From Candidatus Latescibacterota bacterium (lineage in GTDB: Bacteria; Latescibacterota; UBA2968; GCA-2709665): a stretch of DNA of 64,000 nt. Shown piece after piece: positions 37,890 through 48,668 of this stretch. The position numbers and the translations under genes are program-made. Position 1 is the stretch's first letter; the number at the start of each line of letters is the position of its first letter. Below the pieces are notes generated by a model that was not told the DNA's origin, ran no database searches, and saw nothing but the letters and a program-made list of their open reading frames with translations. The stretch spans positions 32,001 to 96,000 of the forward strand of contig CAXXJS010000010.1 of the NCBI GenBank assembly GCA_963662665.2, read 5' to 3'.

Positions 37890-40004
37890 CTACCACATCA
37901 CTCTGAACGACGTTGCCGCACTCACCTCCTGCCGGCTGTTCAAATCCAGAACGTTCACGCGGAATTCCCTGGGCCCGGGGAACATCTCCAGGTTCAACAC
38001 CTGGTAAATCGGCTCCCACGCCTGCGATCCCTTGTGGGTGTAGGAAACCGCCGTGGTCCACTCGGGCGCCGTCGCCGCCTCGTCTTCGCTTACCTTTCGG
38101 ATCTGGTACGTGACCTGATATTTGGTAGACCCGAACCGATCTTTCTGCAAATTGTAGATTTCATAGTAAAAATACGCCTGCGCACCCTGCTGATACTGTT
38201 TGAGCGGATTGGGCAGGATGAGGTATCGATCGCGCCCGTAGGGCGCCTGCTCCCTTTCGACAATTCGCCGCGCGAGCAGCATATCGCTTACGCTCAGCGA
38301 ATCGTATCCGAATGTTCCAACCTGCAACACGCTCCGAAACGTACCGATCGATTTTGTCTTCCTGTCTTCAGCCTCGGCCGCGATGAAATACTTCCCCGGC
38401 GCCAGCATCAGCTTCTCGCTGGCAAACAGATACCCTTCCCTGGTAGCCGCATATTGTACCCACGGCATCATTTCCAACCTGCCGACGTCCTTCCGCAGCG
38501 TATCCCAATTGGCGTCGAACAAAAACAGACCCTGGCGTATTTCCACGGCCTGCGCCCCGGTCCGGGCTTTTCTGTGTTGGACTTCCTCACCGGGAAGCGC
38601 GTAATATACCTCCACTCTGGCCGTGTCCCCGTCCCCGCGAAACCGGGCCATCTGGTACGGCGCGTCGTACCGTTCCCATTTATACGGATCCTTATAATAC
38701 TCGGGTACCTTCGTTGTCATCGCATCGAAATCCACCGGTCGGTTCCCCAACCATCCCACCCGATAACGCCAGTTATCCCGCCCATCGGTATTTGCAAACA
38801 GCAGACGAAACCCGCCGTAGTCCCACATCTCCAGACGGGGGCGGTCTTTATAGGGCATGGATCCCTGCTGGTTCAGCCAGTACAGATGATCCTGGTACCA
38901 CACCGGCTCATCCAGACCCGTATCGATTTCGGGCGGTCGGACGCTCCTCGCCTCCGGACGTCCATACCGGATATACGCCTGTCCCTTGTCCGTCGTCCAG
39001 CCCGAGATTCCCCGTTCCGGATCTCCGAAACGAAGGTTGGCATACGCTACCCGTCCACAATGTTCCATCAGGCGCTCGTTAACCGGTGTCAGGAACAACG
39101 GGTCCCTCCCCGTCCAGAATGCGCGCAACGCGTCTTCATCCGGCAGGTCTTCGCCCGCCTCCATCGTCTTTTTTCCCACCAGCATGAAAACGGACATCAT
39201 GAATTGCTGTTGACGCGGCAACATCCGGCGCAACCCGTTCACGTAGGCCGGATAGGCGCGCTTGAGTTCGTCCTGCGCCTGGTACGCCAACCCCAGGAAG
39301 AAATGAGCGTCCGGATCGTTGGGGTGACGTTTCAGGAATTCCTCGAATAACAACGCCATCTTATCAGGCATCCGCGCTTCGTAATACACCAGACCCAGCA
39401 GAAGCAGCGACGGTCTGTGGTCCGGATCGACGTTCAGCGCTCTGGTTAGATATCCGATCGCCTGATCGCGGTCTTGCTCCCCGAATCTTTCCAGACTGAA
39501 CGATCTCATGCGTCGATTGCCTAAATCGTCGTACTGATAATCGATCCGCTCGCCTTCAAGGTAGCGCGACATCTGCCAGGCCGCATACCGGCCGGCCAGA
39601 TACAGGGCGCCAACGTGGTTCGGGTTAATATCGATGGCTTTTCTGGCATTCTTATAAGCGTGGCCCCGCCTGCCAAGGGCCCAAAGCACTCTCGCGTACT
39701 CGATACGGAAATCCATGTTCGTTTTGTCTTTCCGCATTGCCCGCTGCAACCAGGTGGAGGCCTGCCTGGGCGTACCCGGCGTACTCTCGTCGCTGTAAAG
39801 CCGCGCGAGTTCGTACATTGCCCATCCCGTATCGTCGGACCGGATCGCTTCCCGGATAATCTTTTCACGTTTCCGGTATTCGACCGTGCTGTCCGATGCC
39901 GCCGCAAGGAGCGAATCCACCCCCGTCGAAACCGCTCTGGCGGCTTCGACGGGCGCCGCGCAGACCAGAATGGCGCCCGCGATCACAAAAGCCAATGTCC
40001 GCAT
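37890..40004 (-). CDS. Secreted TPR plus GWxTD domain protein
   Basis: Signal peptide MRTLAF, TPR helices, FW..RDP...TPVNE, GWTTDKGQAYIRYGRP. Confidence 0.88.
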   Translation of the reverse strand: MRTLAFVIAGAILVCAAPVEAARAVSTGVDSLLAAASDSTVEYRKREKIIREAIRSDDTGWAMYELARLYSDESTPGTPRQASTWLQRAMRKDKTNMDFRIEYARVLWALGRRGHAYKNARKAIDINPNHVGALYLAGRYAAWQMSRYLEGERIDYQYDDLGNRRMRSFSLERFGEQDRDQAIGYLTRALNVDPDHRPSLLLLGLVYYEARMPDKMALLFEEFLKRHPNDPDAHFFLGLAYQAQDELKRAYPAYVNGLRRMLPRQQQFMMSVFMLVGKKTMEAGEDLPDEDALRAFWTGRDPLFLTPVNERLMEHCGRVAYANLRFGDPERGISGWTTDKGQAYIRYGRPEARSVRPPEIDTGLDEPVWYQDHLYWLNQQGSMPYKDRPRLEMWDYGGFRLLFANTDGRDNWRYRVGWLGNRPVDFDAMTTKVPEYYKDPYKWERYDAPYQMARFRGDGDTARVEVYYALPGEEVQHRKARTGAQAVEIRQGLFLFDANWDTLRKDVGRLEMMPWVQYAATREGYLFASEKLMLAPGKYFIAAEAEDRKTKSIGTFRSVLQVGTFGYDSLSVSDMLLARRIVEREQAPYGRDRYLILPNPLKQYQQGAQAYFYYEIYNLQKDRFGSTKYQVTYQIRKVSEDEAATAPEWTTAVSYTHKGSQAWEPIYQVLNLEMFPGPREFRVNVLDLNSRQEVSAATSFRVMW

Positions 40005-40064
40005 ATTCCCTCCTGAAGGTGGCTCACAACGTCGCACTAACTTAACAACGCCATAATTGGCAGT

Positions 40065-40093
40065 TTGACAAAGGAAAAAATGGCCGGTATCAT
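40065..40093 (+). promoter_or_regulatory. sigma70 promoter
   Basis: TTGACA-N17-TATCAT. Confidence 0.65.
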
Positions 40094-40272
40094 GTATACG
40101 AACGATCCGTATAAAAGTTCTCCGTCAATCCCGCCGGACCGGCGTTTCAACTGGCGAAAACGCCAGAAATGAATTGTGTTTACGCGACCTGCGATTAATG
40201 ACGCACAATCCGGGGCGGAGACGCACACCGGCTGCAACGTCCCAACACAAAGCGCTATTCCCGGAGATTTCC

Positions 40273-41343
40273 ATGTCCAACCCGTACGGCGAGCGGCCTG
40301 ACGTCATCCGCCGCTGGATCAACGATCGCCAGCGCCTGCTTCGAAATGAATCCGAGGAATTCCTTCGGAATGAAGTCCTCAACTACGGGCCGAGGCAGGC
40401 CGCGCAATGGAGCCGGGACTACAGTTCGGTTGAAGCCTTCGAACGTTCAGTCGCGGACAATCGCCGCCGCTGGAACGAAACGATCGGCGTCTTTGAGCCG
40501 GACGGCACCCGGCTGGAACCGGTACTGGAACCATGGTACGAAGACGACAGGTTTACCGCGTGGTGGCTTACCATCGGGTTGTTGGGCAATCTGAGGGGTC
40601 GCGGAATACTCGCGCTTCCCAAGGGCAGGGACGATCCCGCCCCGCTCGTCATTGCCCAGCACGGGATCGGATCATCGCCCGAAAAGGCGTTCGGCCTGGA
40701 CGACTCGGGCGATCTGTACAAATCCTACGGCCGTCGCCTGGCGGAAGCGGGTTTTGCCGTTATCGCTCCCATGAATATTTCGGGCGGCCCTCCCCGAGCC
40801 AGGCAGGAACGCCTCTGCAAACTCCTGGGCAAAACCCTCTGGGGCCTCGAAATCTTCCGTACCCAACGCCTTCTGGACTACCTGGAGACCCGCCCTGAAA
40901 TCGACGTCGCACGCACGGCCATGTATGGCATCAGCCTCGGCGGCGCCTACACCATGTTCACAACACCGGTGGAACCCCGGATCAAGGCCGCCGTGGTTTG
41001 CGCCTGGTTCAACCACAGGCGCAATAAAATGGCCGTGGACGACCCCCGGTACAGCTGTTTCCTATCCGTCAACGAAGAGCACGTATGGATTCCCGGCTGG
41101 CTGAACGCGTTCACCGACGGCGACCTGGTTTCACTCATCTGTCCCCGTCCGCTGCTGGTAGAGCAGGGCAAAGCCGACGGCATCGCGTGGTGGCCGATGA
41201 TGCTGGAGGAGTATCGCATGGCCTGCGAACACTACGCCAGGCTCGGTTTGTCCGATCGTATCGAAATCGACCTTCACGAAGGCGGCCACGAGATACGGCT
41301 CGATAAGAGCCTTCGATTTCTCGAGAAATGGTTGACGCCGTAA
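40273..41343 (+). CDS. Alpha/beta hydrolase (dienelactone hydrolase/esterase-like)
   Basis: QHG, GISLGG nucleophile elbow, LICPRPL, HEGGHE. Confidence 0.82.
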   Translation: MSNPYGERPDVIRRWINDRQRLLRNESEEFLRNEVLNYGPRQAAQWSRDYSSVEAFERSVADNRRRWNETIGVFEPDGTRLEPVLEPWYEDDRFTAWWLTIGLLGNLRGRGILALPKGRDDPAPLVIAQHGIGSSPEKAFGLDDSGDLYKSYGRRLAEAGFAVIAPMNISGGPPRARQERLCKLLGKTLWGLEIFRTQRLLDYLETRPEIDVARTAMYGISLGGAYTMFTTPVEPRIKAAVVCAWFNHRRNKMAVDDPRYSCFLSVNEEHVWIPGWLNAFTDGDLVSLICPRPLLVEQGKADGIAWWPMMLEEYRMACEHYARLGLSDRIEIDLHEGGHEIRLDKSLRFLEKWLTP

Positions 41344-41432
41344 CCGGTTACCATTGGCCTGCCGGATCTCCTTCCGACAGTTGACGGCTGAACCCGATGT
41401 ATCAAGTTACAATACACAAAAAGGAAATTGAC

Positions 41433-42440
41433 ATGGTTAAACTCGGTGTCTTCGGATGCGCGGGCATTGCAACCCATCAACTGAATTCCGTCCGGGACGA
41501 CAATCGCTTTCAGGTCGTCGCCGGGGCGGACGTCCGTCCGGAACAGCTCGACCTTTTCCGGGAAAAATTCGAAATGGAGCACGGGTACGCCGATTACCGG
41601 GTCCTGCTCGCCGAAGCCGACGTCGAGGCCGTGATGATCTGCACGCCCACGTTCCTCCATCCGGAAATGGCAATTGCCTCCGCGGAAGCCGGCAAACATA
41701 TCTTCTGCCAGAAACCCATGGCGATGAGCTCGTACGACTGTTACCGCATGATCCAGGCCTGCCGTGGAAATAATGTCAATCTCCAGATCGGTTTCGTACG
41801 GCGTTTCGACAGTGACTGGGGCACGGTAAAAAAGGTCGTCGAATCCGGCCGGCTGGGCAGCCCGGTGCTCTGGCGTCAGGTCGCCGGTGGATCGCCCCCA
41901 GGCAGCCCGTTCTTCATGGACCGCTATCAGGGCGGCGGTCCGATGATCGACGGAATGGTCCACAACTACGACTTTGCGGTCCACTGTTTCGGCGAACCGG
42001 TGGAAGTCAAGTCCATGCCCATGAAAATTCACCACACGTCCTCGGCCTGGGATACGGGTACCGTCCTCGTCCGCTTTGAAAGGGGCGACGCCATTATGTG
42101 TTCATGGACCTGGGGGCTGCCGTCCGGCGTGCGTTCCGGAGGGGGTACGGACATTGTCGGTCCCAACGGCGTACTCATGTTTCCCGGCAACTACGATCCA
42201 AAGAAGGTCGAAGGCAAGTACGACGCCGACACGCAGGGCGCCTATCTCCTTTCCCTGGCTGACGGCGAAGAGGAAGTCATCACCTTTGAAAAGAAAAACA
42301 TGTTCCGGGATGAGTTGCTGCATTTCGCCGACTGGGTTCAAAGTGGAACCGATCCCCTCGTTACCGGTGAAGACGGGCTGTGCGCCACCCGGATTGCCGA
42401 ACTCGCGCTTAACGGCGGCGGTCTGGTTCAGCCGGCGTAG
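41433..42440 (+). CDS. Gfo/Idh/MocA family oxidoreductase
   Basis: GCAGIA, CTP..LH, CQKPMA, GGGPMIDGMVH. Confidence 0.9.
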   Translation: MVKLGVFGCAGIATHQLNSVRDDNRFQVVAGADVRPEQLDLFREKFEMEHGYADYRVLLAEADVEAVMICTPTFLHPEMAIASAEAGKHIFCQKPMAMSSYDCYRMIQACRGNNVNLQIGFVRRFDSDWGTVKKVVESGRLGSPVLWRQVAGGSPPGSPFFMDRYQGGGPMIDGMVHNYDFAVHCFGEPVEVKSMPMKIHHTSSAWDTGTVLVRFERGDAIMCSWTWGLPSGVRSGGGTDIVGPNGVLMFPGNYDPKKVEGKYDADTQGAYLLSLADGEEEVITFEKKNMFRDELLHFADWVQSGTDPLVTGEDGLCATRIAELALNGGGLVQPA

Positions 42441-42645
42441 CGCGTGCAGCGGAAATGCCCGCAGGATTCGAATAAACGGTGAGATATAAGCGGGTCATAC
42501 CGGTATCAACTGATTTCAGGAACCCCTCCGGCACGAGATATTCATGACCCTGTTACGCATCGCCCTGGCGCAGACGCGCCAAACAGCGGATCGGGAAGAC
42601 AACCGCCGCGCGCGAGATGAACGACTCCCAATCAGGGTCATTGCA

Positions 42646-44691
42646 ATGACCACTCGAACCATCCTGATGCTGGCCGTGCTTATTGGCGCGGCGCCGACCC
42701 TGTACGCACAGGAGAACGAATCCCCTCCCAACGTCGACTTCAATGGCGACGAAGCCGTCGACTTCCAGGATTTCATCCTGTTCGCGAAGGCCTTCGGCAC
42801 GAATCAGACCCTCTTCGACCTGGACAATGACGGGATTGTGGGCTTCAGGGATTTCCTGTTCTTCGCCCGGTGGTTCGGAGTGACCGGGGCGCCCATTCCT
42901 CAGATCCGTGATATCGGAATCCCTGTGCGATCGGTGAACTGGGTTCGCCTACATCCGGGCCGAAATAGTGAGGACCGCCCACGTGTGTACGTGACCATGG
43001 GGCAGCAGGCCGACAATCTGTTCGTCCTGCAAGTTGACCCCGAAACCGGCGACTTTCACCAGTTCGTCTCCCCGGTTCCCCGCTCCAATTACCCTACCGC
43101 CACCCTGATGAGCCGTTCGGGCCGCCTCTACATCGGGTCCGCGTACGCCGGCCACCTCCTCTGCTTCGATCCCAAGCTGAACGCCCTTCTCGACCTGGGC
43201 GCCATCAACCCTGGGGCCGCCACCTTCCCGTGCCAAATTGACGAAGATCAGAACGGCCGTATCTGGATTGGCAGCTATCCCGGTGCCGACCTTACCGTCT
43301 ACGACCCTGAGACCGGCGAGTTCACGCGCTATGGCCGAATGTCCAACCTTGACAAATACAATTATCCCCTTGCCACCCCGGATGGAAAAATCGCTTGCCG
43401 CATCTGGCCGACACGGCCGCACGTCGTCGTCTTCGATCCCGCCACAAGGGAAAGTTATCTGGTCGGTCCGATTACGTTCAAGGGACAGGGCACGGTAAGA
43501 CTGGAGAGAAGGCGGGACGGCAATCTCTACGTCATCACTTCGAACTACGGCGATTTCTTGATTTCAGGTAACGAGGGGATTCCCGTCACGAGTCTGCCCG
43601 GGCACATACCCCGCCCCGCCCTGCCAGATGGAAGTTCGTTTTTTTTTGCTGACGGTAAGGAACTGAATTATCGCACACTGAGCATCCGCAGCCGCACAGG
43701 CCGCGTCAGATCGTTCGAACTGGACTACAGTGCCAGCGGCAGCGACATTTTCTATGTACACACCGGTCCGGAAGGTCTCATATACGGTTCAAGCTTGCTG
43801 CCGTTGCATCTATTCAGATTCAACCCCGTATCCGGTGAATTGGTCGACCTCGGAAAATGCTCAAGCTCAGGGGGCGAAGCCTACTCCATGGCCAACCTGC
43901 ACGGAAAACTCTATATCTCTTCCTATCCTGCCGCTCGCATTTCCGTCTACGATCCTTCACTACCGTACCAATTCGGCACAGGCCCCGCCGACAATCCCCG
44001 CGAACTGGGCCGGCTGGACGACATCTCCTATCGCCCCCGTTCCACACTCGCGGGCCCGATGGGCAGGGTCTGGATCGCGTCCGTACCCGACTACGGCCGG
44101 TGGGGCGGCCCCCTGGCCTACTACGATCCGGGGACCAGTGAAAGAAAGTCCTACAAACGCATCGCAGGGGACGCGAGTTGCTATACCCTGGCCCATCTGG
44201 AATCGCAGAAACTCATCGCCGTGGGCACAACGATTCGCGGCGGCAGCGGGACGGATCCCAAAGTCAACGTAGCCACACTGTTCCTGTGGGACTACCACGC
44301 CGAAGAAAAAGTCTGGGAGGGAACGATCGAAGGACGAAGCTCACCCGTAACCGTCTTCAATGCGTTGCTCGCAAGCCCCGACGGCCTGCTCTATGGCACG
44401 GCCCGCGGCGGCGGCATCGATGAACTCTTCGTGTTCAATCCCGAATCCCGCGCCTTCATCCACCGCGCTCCTCTGCCCGCCGGTCGTGCTCTGGATCTGG
44501 GCCTGCAGAACGGACCCGACGGCAAGATCTACGGTTTTACCTCGGCTCTCGTCTACAGTCTCGACCCTGCCACGCGTCAGGTCGAGGAGGTCCTCAGCGT
44601 GGATGGCGGCATCCGAATCGCGGGGCCGATTCTGGGCAAGGAGATTTACTTTGCGACTGGCGCGGTGCTCAGGTCGGCCACAATATTCTAA
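42646..44691 (+). CDS. Secreted beta-propeller protein with N-terminal dockerin/EF-hand-like tag
   Basis: Signal peptide; DFNGDEAVDFQDFILFAKAFG..FDLDNDGIVGFRDF; repeated G.IY.G / (F,Y)DP.T blades. Confidence 0.75.
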   Translation: MTTRTILMLAVLIGAAPTLYAQENESPPNVDFNGDEAVDFQDFILFAKAFGTNQTLFDLDNDGIVGFRDFLFFARWFGVTGAPIPQIRDIGIPVRSVNWVRLHPGRNSEDRPRVYVTMGQQADNLFVLQVDPETGDFHQFVSPVPRSNYPTATLMSRSGRLYIGSAYAGHLLCFDPKLNALLDLGAINPGAATFPCQIDEDQNGRIWIGSYPGADLTVYDPETGEFTRYGRMSNLDKYNYPLATPDGKIACRIWPTRPHVVVFDPATRESYLVGPITFKGQGTVRLERRRDGNLYVITSNYGDFLISGNEGIPVTSLPGHIPRPALPDGSSFFFADGKELNYRTLSIRSRTGRVRSFELDYSASGSDIFYVHTGPEGLIYGSSLLPLHLFRFNPVSGELVDLGKCSSSGGEAYSMANLHGKLYISSYPAARISVYDPSLPYQFGTGPADNPRELGRLDDISYRPRSTLAGPMGRVWIASVPDYGRWGGPLAYYDPGTSERKSYKRIAGDASCYTLAHLESQKLIAVGTTIRGGSGTDPKVNVATLFLWDYHAEEKVWEGTIEGRSSPVTVFNALLASPDGLLYGTARGGGIDELFVFNPESRAFIHRAPLPAGRALDLGLQNGPDGKIYGFTSALVYSLDPATRQVEEVLSVDGGIRIAGPILGKEIYFATGAVLRSATIF

Positions 44692-44890
44692 CGTGGACGG
44701 ACCCGCCAATCCCCTTTCAACTCCGGAGCGGGTGAGTTTTTCGGGTTGCATGTCCGCCGGTCAGAAGATATCGTAGGTTATTCAGGTTCGTAAACGAGGC
44801 TTTAGACCTTACAGCAAGACTTCAACGCAAAATGCGTAGGTGTATATTCATGCTGTTTGCATACAGTATGGTGTTGGAATCCCCCCACCA

Positions 44891-45034
44891 CCGTCGCCGG
44901 CCCTTCGACAAGCTCAGGGGACGGCTCTGCTTCTGCGACTCCCCCTCAAGGGGGGAGTAATTGGTCCATCAAGCCGGCGCGCGCGTTACCTGACACCTAT
45001 TTGGTTGCGTCTGAGCAAAGCGAAGCAGCGCCAG
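44891..45034. repeat. Mosaic of REP-like palindromes
   Basis: CCCTTCGACAAGCTCAGGG (44901-44919), ACTCCCCCTCAAGGGGGGAGT, TTGGTTGCG..GCGCCAG. Confidence 0.55.
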
Positions 45035-45074
45035 ATCTCTCAACAAGATATCCCACTTCAGCCTGGTATAACGA

Positions 45075-46139
45075 ATGGCCGCATCCGAACGTAGAAAACT
45101 CCGTATCGCCTTTATCGGCGCGGGAGGCATCGCCGGCGCCCACATGCGTTGTTTCGCCGGGATGGATGACGTGGAAATGGTCGCCATGGCAGACGTCTCC
45201 GAGACGGCCCTCGAAGGACGTTCGAAAGAGTACGGCATTGCCAATTGCTTTACGGACTACGGGACCATGCTGAGCAAAGTCAGGCCCGATGCCGTAAGCG
45301 TCTGCACGCCTAACGGCCTCCACGCTCCGGCCGCCATCGCTTCGCTCTCGGCGGGCGCTCACGTCATTGTCGAAAAACCTCTGGCCATGAATGCCCGTGA
45401 AGGGACGGCCATGCTCGACGCTGCAAGGAAACACCGGCGAAAACTCGTCATCGGCTTTCAGCACCGATTCGACCCGAAGACCCAGTTCATCAAGAAGACC
45501 GTGGACAGCGGCCGGATGGGGAGAATACTGTTCGGCCGCGTACAGGCCCTCCGCAGGCGCGGCATTCCCAACTGGGGAGTGTTCGGAAGGAAAGAACTCC
45601 AGGGCGGCGGTCCGCTTGTGGACATCGGCGTACACGTGCTGGAAGCCGTCCATTACATCATGGGCTCGCCCAGACCGGTGGCCGCCAGCGGAAACGTCTT
45701 TACGTACCTCGGAAATAAAAAATCGGAAACGGCTTGCAGATGGCCGGACTGGGACTATGAGACCCACACCGTCGAAGACCTTGCGGTGGGCCAAATCCGA
45801 TTCGAAGACGGCGCCGTCATTCACGTTGAATCCAGCTTTGCCGCCCACATAAAGGCCGACGTATGGAACTTTGAGCTTATGGGCGAAGAAGGCGGCGCCA
45901 CCTGGGATCCCCTAACGATCGCGCGGGATGACAACGGATACATGGTAAACACCCAACCGGGCTGGTTGCCCGAATCCGAATTCGGTTCCACGTTCGGCGC
46001 CAAACTCCGCAATTTCGTCGACCACGTCCTTTATGACAAACCAACGCTCGCTCCGGCCGAACATGGCCTGATGGTACAGCAGATGATGGACGGCATTTAC
46101 GAATCCGCCGAAAAAGGACGTGAAGTCAGAATCGAATGA
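45075..46139 (+). CDS. Gfo/Idh/MocA family oxidoreductase
   Basis: IGAGGIA, EKP, RRRGIPNWGVF, GGGPLVDIGVH. Confidence 0.9.
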   Translation: MAASERRKLRIAFIGAGGIAGAHMRCFAGMDDVEMVAMADVSETALEGRSKEYGIANCFTDYGTMLSKVRPDAVSVCTPNGLHAPAAIASLSAGAHVIVEKPLAMNAREGTAMLDAARKHRRKLVIGFQHRFDPKTQFIKKTVDSGRMGRILFGRVQALRRRGIPNWGVFGRKELQGGGPLVDIGVHVLEAVHYIMGSPRPVAASGNVFTYLGNKKSETACRWPDWDYETHTVEDLAVGQIRFEDGAVIHVESSFAAHIKADVWNFELMGEEGGATWDPLTIARDDNGYMVNTQPGWLPESEFGSTFGAKLRNFVDHVLYDKPTLAPAEHGLMVQQMMDGIYESAEKGREVRIE

Positions 46140-46211
46140 TCCAGCGCACGGGTGTGCGTTTAACACGCTGTTTCCAGGTTGGGAAAAAACCTCTTACCCT
46201 TGCAGAACGAC

Positions 46212-47633
46212 ATGGAAAAAACGGCCGCTACCGAAGACCTCGCGGCTGCTTCGCGTCACCTCTGGCAGAATTACTTCCAGGGCGAGCAGCCCGATAAACC
46301 CCCGATGACGATTACCCATGGCGACGGTCTGTACATTTACGACGCTGAGGGCAACGAATATCTGGATACCTTTGCCTCCCTGCTTACGACCCTTTGCGGA
46401 CACGGTCGGTCGGAAATCATCGACGCGGTGAACGAACAAATGGGAAAACTGGCTTACTTCCCCGGCAGCCAGGACTACGTGATCGAGCCGGCAGCCAGGC
46501 TGGCGGAGAAACTGGCCGAGATCGCCCCCGGCGACCTTTCCGTCTCATTCCTCGTCAACGACGGCTCCGAAGCCAATGAAGCTGCCATGAAACTGGCGCG
46601 CAGCTATTACTGGGCCAAAGGCGAAAAGAACCGATACAAGGTCCTTTTCCGAAGGGGATCCTATCACGGCGCCACCCTCGGCGCGCTTTCCGCCACCGGT
46701 CTGGCCGGCACTCGCGAGCCCTACGAACCGCTGTTGCCCGGGTTCACCCACGTCATGCCGGCGAACTGTTCTCGCTGTGAGCTCGGCCTGGATCCGGAAA
46801 CCTGTGCGCTGGCCTGCCTCAAGAATCTGGCATCCGTTCTGGAATGGGAGGGCCCCAAATCCGTCGCCGCTGTCATCATGGACCCCATCCCCGGATCAAA
46901 CACGGGCTTTCCCCTTCCCCCCGACGGATATCTGCAGGGCGTGCGCGATCTCTGCGACCGGCACGGCGTCCTGCTCATTTTCGATGAAATCCAGACCGGA
47001 TTCGGCCGCACGGGGAAGATGTTCGCCTGCGAGAACTGGAACGTTACGCCGGACATCATGACCGTCGCCAAGGGGTTCTCAGGCGGCTATCTTCCCATCG
47101 GCGCCGCTATTGCAACGGAGGAGATCGCGGAGGCTATTCGAAAGGCCGGTACGGGATTCCGGCACATCCACACCTTTTCCGGCCACGCCGCCGCCTGCGC
47201 CGCTGCACTCGCCCATATCGAAATCATCCGGAACGAGAACCTCGTGCAACGCGCCGGCGACCTGGGTGTCCATTTCAAGAGAAGACTGGACGAACTCTAC
47301 CGGTATCCCCTGGTGGGAAATGTTCGCGGCCTCGGCACGCTCTGGGCCGTGGAACTCGTGGCAAACCGGGAAACCAGAGCGCCGCTGGACCCTCCCGGAA
47401 AAGCAGGCAGCTTTATATCCGATTTCTGCCGCAAATCCGGTATGATCCTGCGCAACAACGCCGACACCCTCGTTCTTGCTCCAGCCCTCGTCATGACCGT
47501 AGCGCAGGCGGACCGGATGTTCGACCTGCTGCATAGCGCCATTGATGCGGCAATGCGTCATTGCAAACAGGATGAAGACCGCCTCGAGTGGGTCGATGAA
47601 GCGGCGTCCGGACCTGCACCGGGCCCCGGTTGA
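46212..47633 (+). CDS. Class III PLP aminotransferase
   Basis: GSEANE, SYHG, FDEIQTGFGRTG, AKG..GY.P. Confidence 0.92.
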   Translation: MEKTAATEDLAAASRHLWQNYFQGEQPDKPPMTITHGDGLYIYDAEGNEYLDTFASLLTTLCGHGRSEIIDAVNEQMGKLAYFPGSQDYVIEPAARLAEKLAEIAPGDLSVSFLVNDGSEANEAAMKLARSYYWAKGEKNRYKVLFRRGSYHGATLGALSATGLAGTREPYEPLLPGFTHVMPANCSRCELGLDPETCALACLKNLASVLEWEGPKSVAAVIMDPIPGSNTGFPLPPDGYLQGVRDLCDRHGVLLIFDEIQTGFGRTGKMFACENWNVTPDIMTVAKGFSGGYLPIGAAIATEEIAEAIRKAGTGFRHIHTFSGHAAACAAALAHIEIIRNENLVQRAGDLGVHFKRRLDELYRYPLVGNVRGLGTLWAVELVANRETRAPLDPPGKAGSFISDFCRKSGMILRNNADTLVLAPALVMTVAQADRMFDLLHSAIDAAMRHCKQDEDRLEWVDEAASGPAPGPG

Positions 47634-47669
47634 CGCCGTGATCTTCTTGCAACCAGGAAAGACAGACCA

Positions 47670-48668
47670 ATGATGCCCGATAGAGAAACATGCCTCGAGA
47701 TGCTCCGTCGGATGTACCGCATCCGCGCTTTCGAGGAGCAGGTGAGAGCCCATTACGACTATACCAGCTATCTTCGCGACAATCCGGAAGGCGACGGGGT
47801 CATCTCCGGTGCGGCCCACCTGGCCATCGGCCAGGAAGGCGCCGAGGTCGGTGTCTGCACCGCCCTCGAACCGGAAGACTTCGTGGCCAGCACACACCGG
47901 GGTCACGGCCACGCCATCGCCAAAGGCGCGGATCTCAAACCGATGATGGCCGAGCTGATGGGGCGCAGACACGGGTACAGCGGCGGATGCGGCGGCTCCA
48001 TGCACATCTTCAGTTCCCAACTCGGACTGATTGGAGGGAACGGGATCGTGGGCGCTCAGATCCCCATTGCCACCGGCGCCGCCTTTTCCGCCAAATACCG
48101 CGCCACCCGGCAGGTGGCAGTCGCTTTTTTCAGTGAGGGGGCAGCCAATCAGGGCGCATTCCACGAAGCCCTGAACATGGCGGCGCTTTGGAATCTCCCG
48201 GCGGTCTACGTCTGCGAAAACAACCTCTACGCAGCCACCACCCCCGCAACCATCACACTATCGCCTCCCGACGTCGCCGTCAAGGCCGCCGCGTATGACA
48301 TGCCCGGCATCATCGTCGATGGCCAGGACATCCTCGAGGTGTACAGGGTCGCTTCCGAGGCGGTTGCCAGAGCGCGCGCCGGAAACGGACCTACGCTCGT
48401 CGAATGCAAGACGTATCGCTTTGTGAGCCACGCGGGCGGCGGCAAAGGCGACCACAACAACCCGGAGGAATTGGAGACCTGGAAGAGGAAGGACCCGATC
48501 GCCCTCTTCGAACGCAAGCTCTTCGACGCCGGACGTCTCACGGACAGGCAGAAACAGACAATCATCTCCGAAGCCGAAGCTGCCGCCCGCGAGGCGGTCG
48601 ACTACGGCAAACAATCGCCCTACCCTGAATTCGACGATATGCCCGTCACCCCGGGAGTACCCCTGTAG
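47670..48668 (+). CDS. TPP-dependent dehydrogenase E1 alpha subunit
   Basis: GQEG, THRGHGH, GGSMH, EGAANQG...ENN, TYR. Confidence 0.9.
   Translation: MMPDRETCLEMLRRMYRIRAFEEQVRAHYDYTSYLRDNPEGDGVISGAAHLAIGQEGAEVGVCTALEPEDFVASTHRGHGHAIAKGADLKPMMAELMGRRHGYSGGCGGSMHIFSSQLGLIGGNGIVGAQIPIATGAAFSAKYRATRQVAVAFFSEGAANQGAFHEALNMAALWNLPAVYVCENNLYAATTPATITLSPPDVAVKAAAYDMPGIIVDGQDILEVYRVASEAVARARAGNGPTLVECKTYRFVSHAGGGKGDHNNPEELETWKRKDPIALFERKLFDAGRLTDRQKQTIISEAEAAAREAVDYGKQSPYPEFDDMPVTPGVPL

Noticed and set aside
38034-39350. 438-aa plus-strand ORF
   Set aside because: Antisense to the GWxTD gene, no motifs; expected in high-GC DNA.
47079-48164. 361-aa minus-strand ORF
   Set aside because: Antisense shadow of the aminotransferase and E1 alpha.
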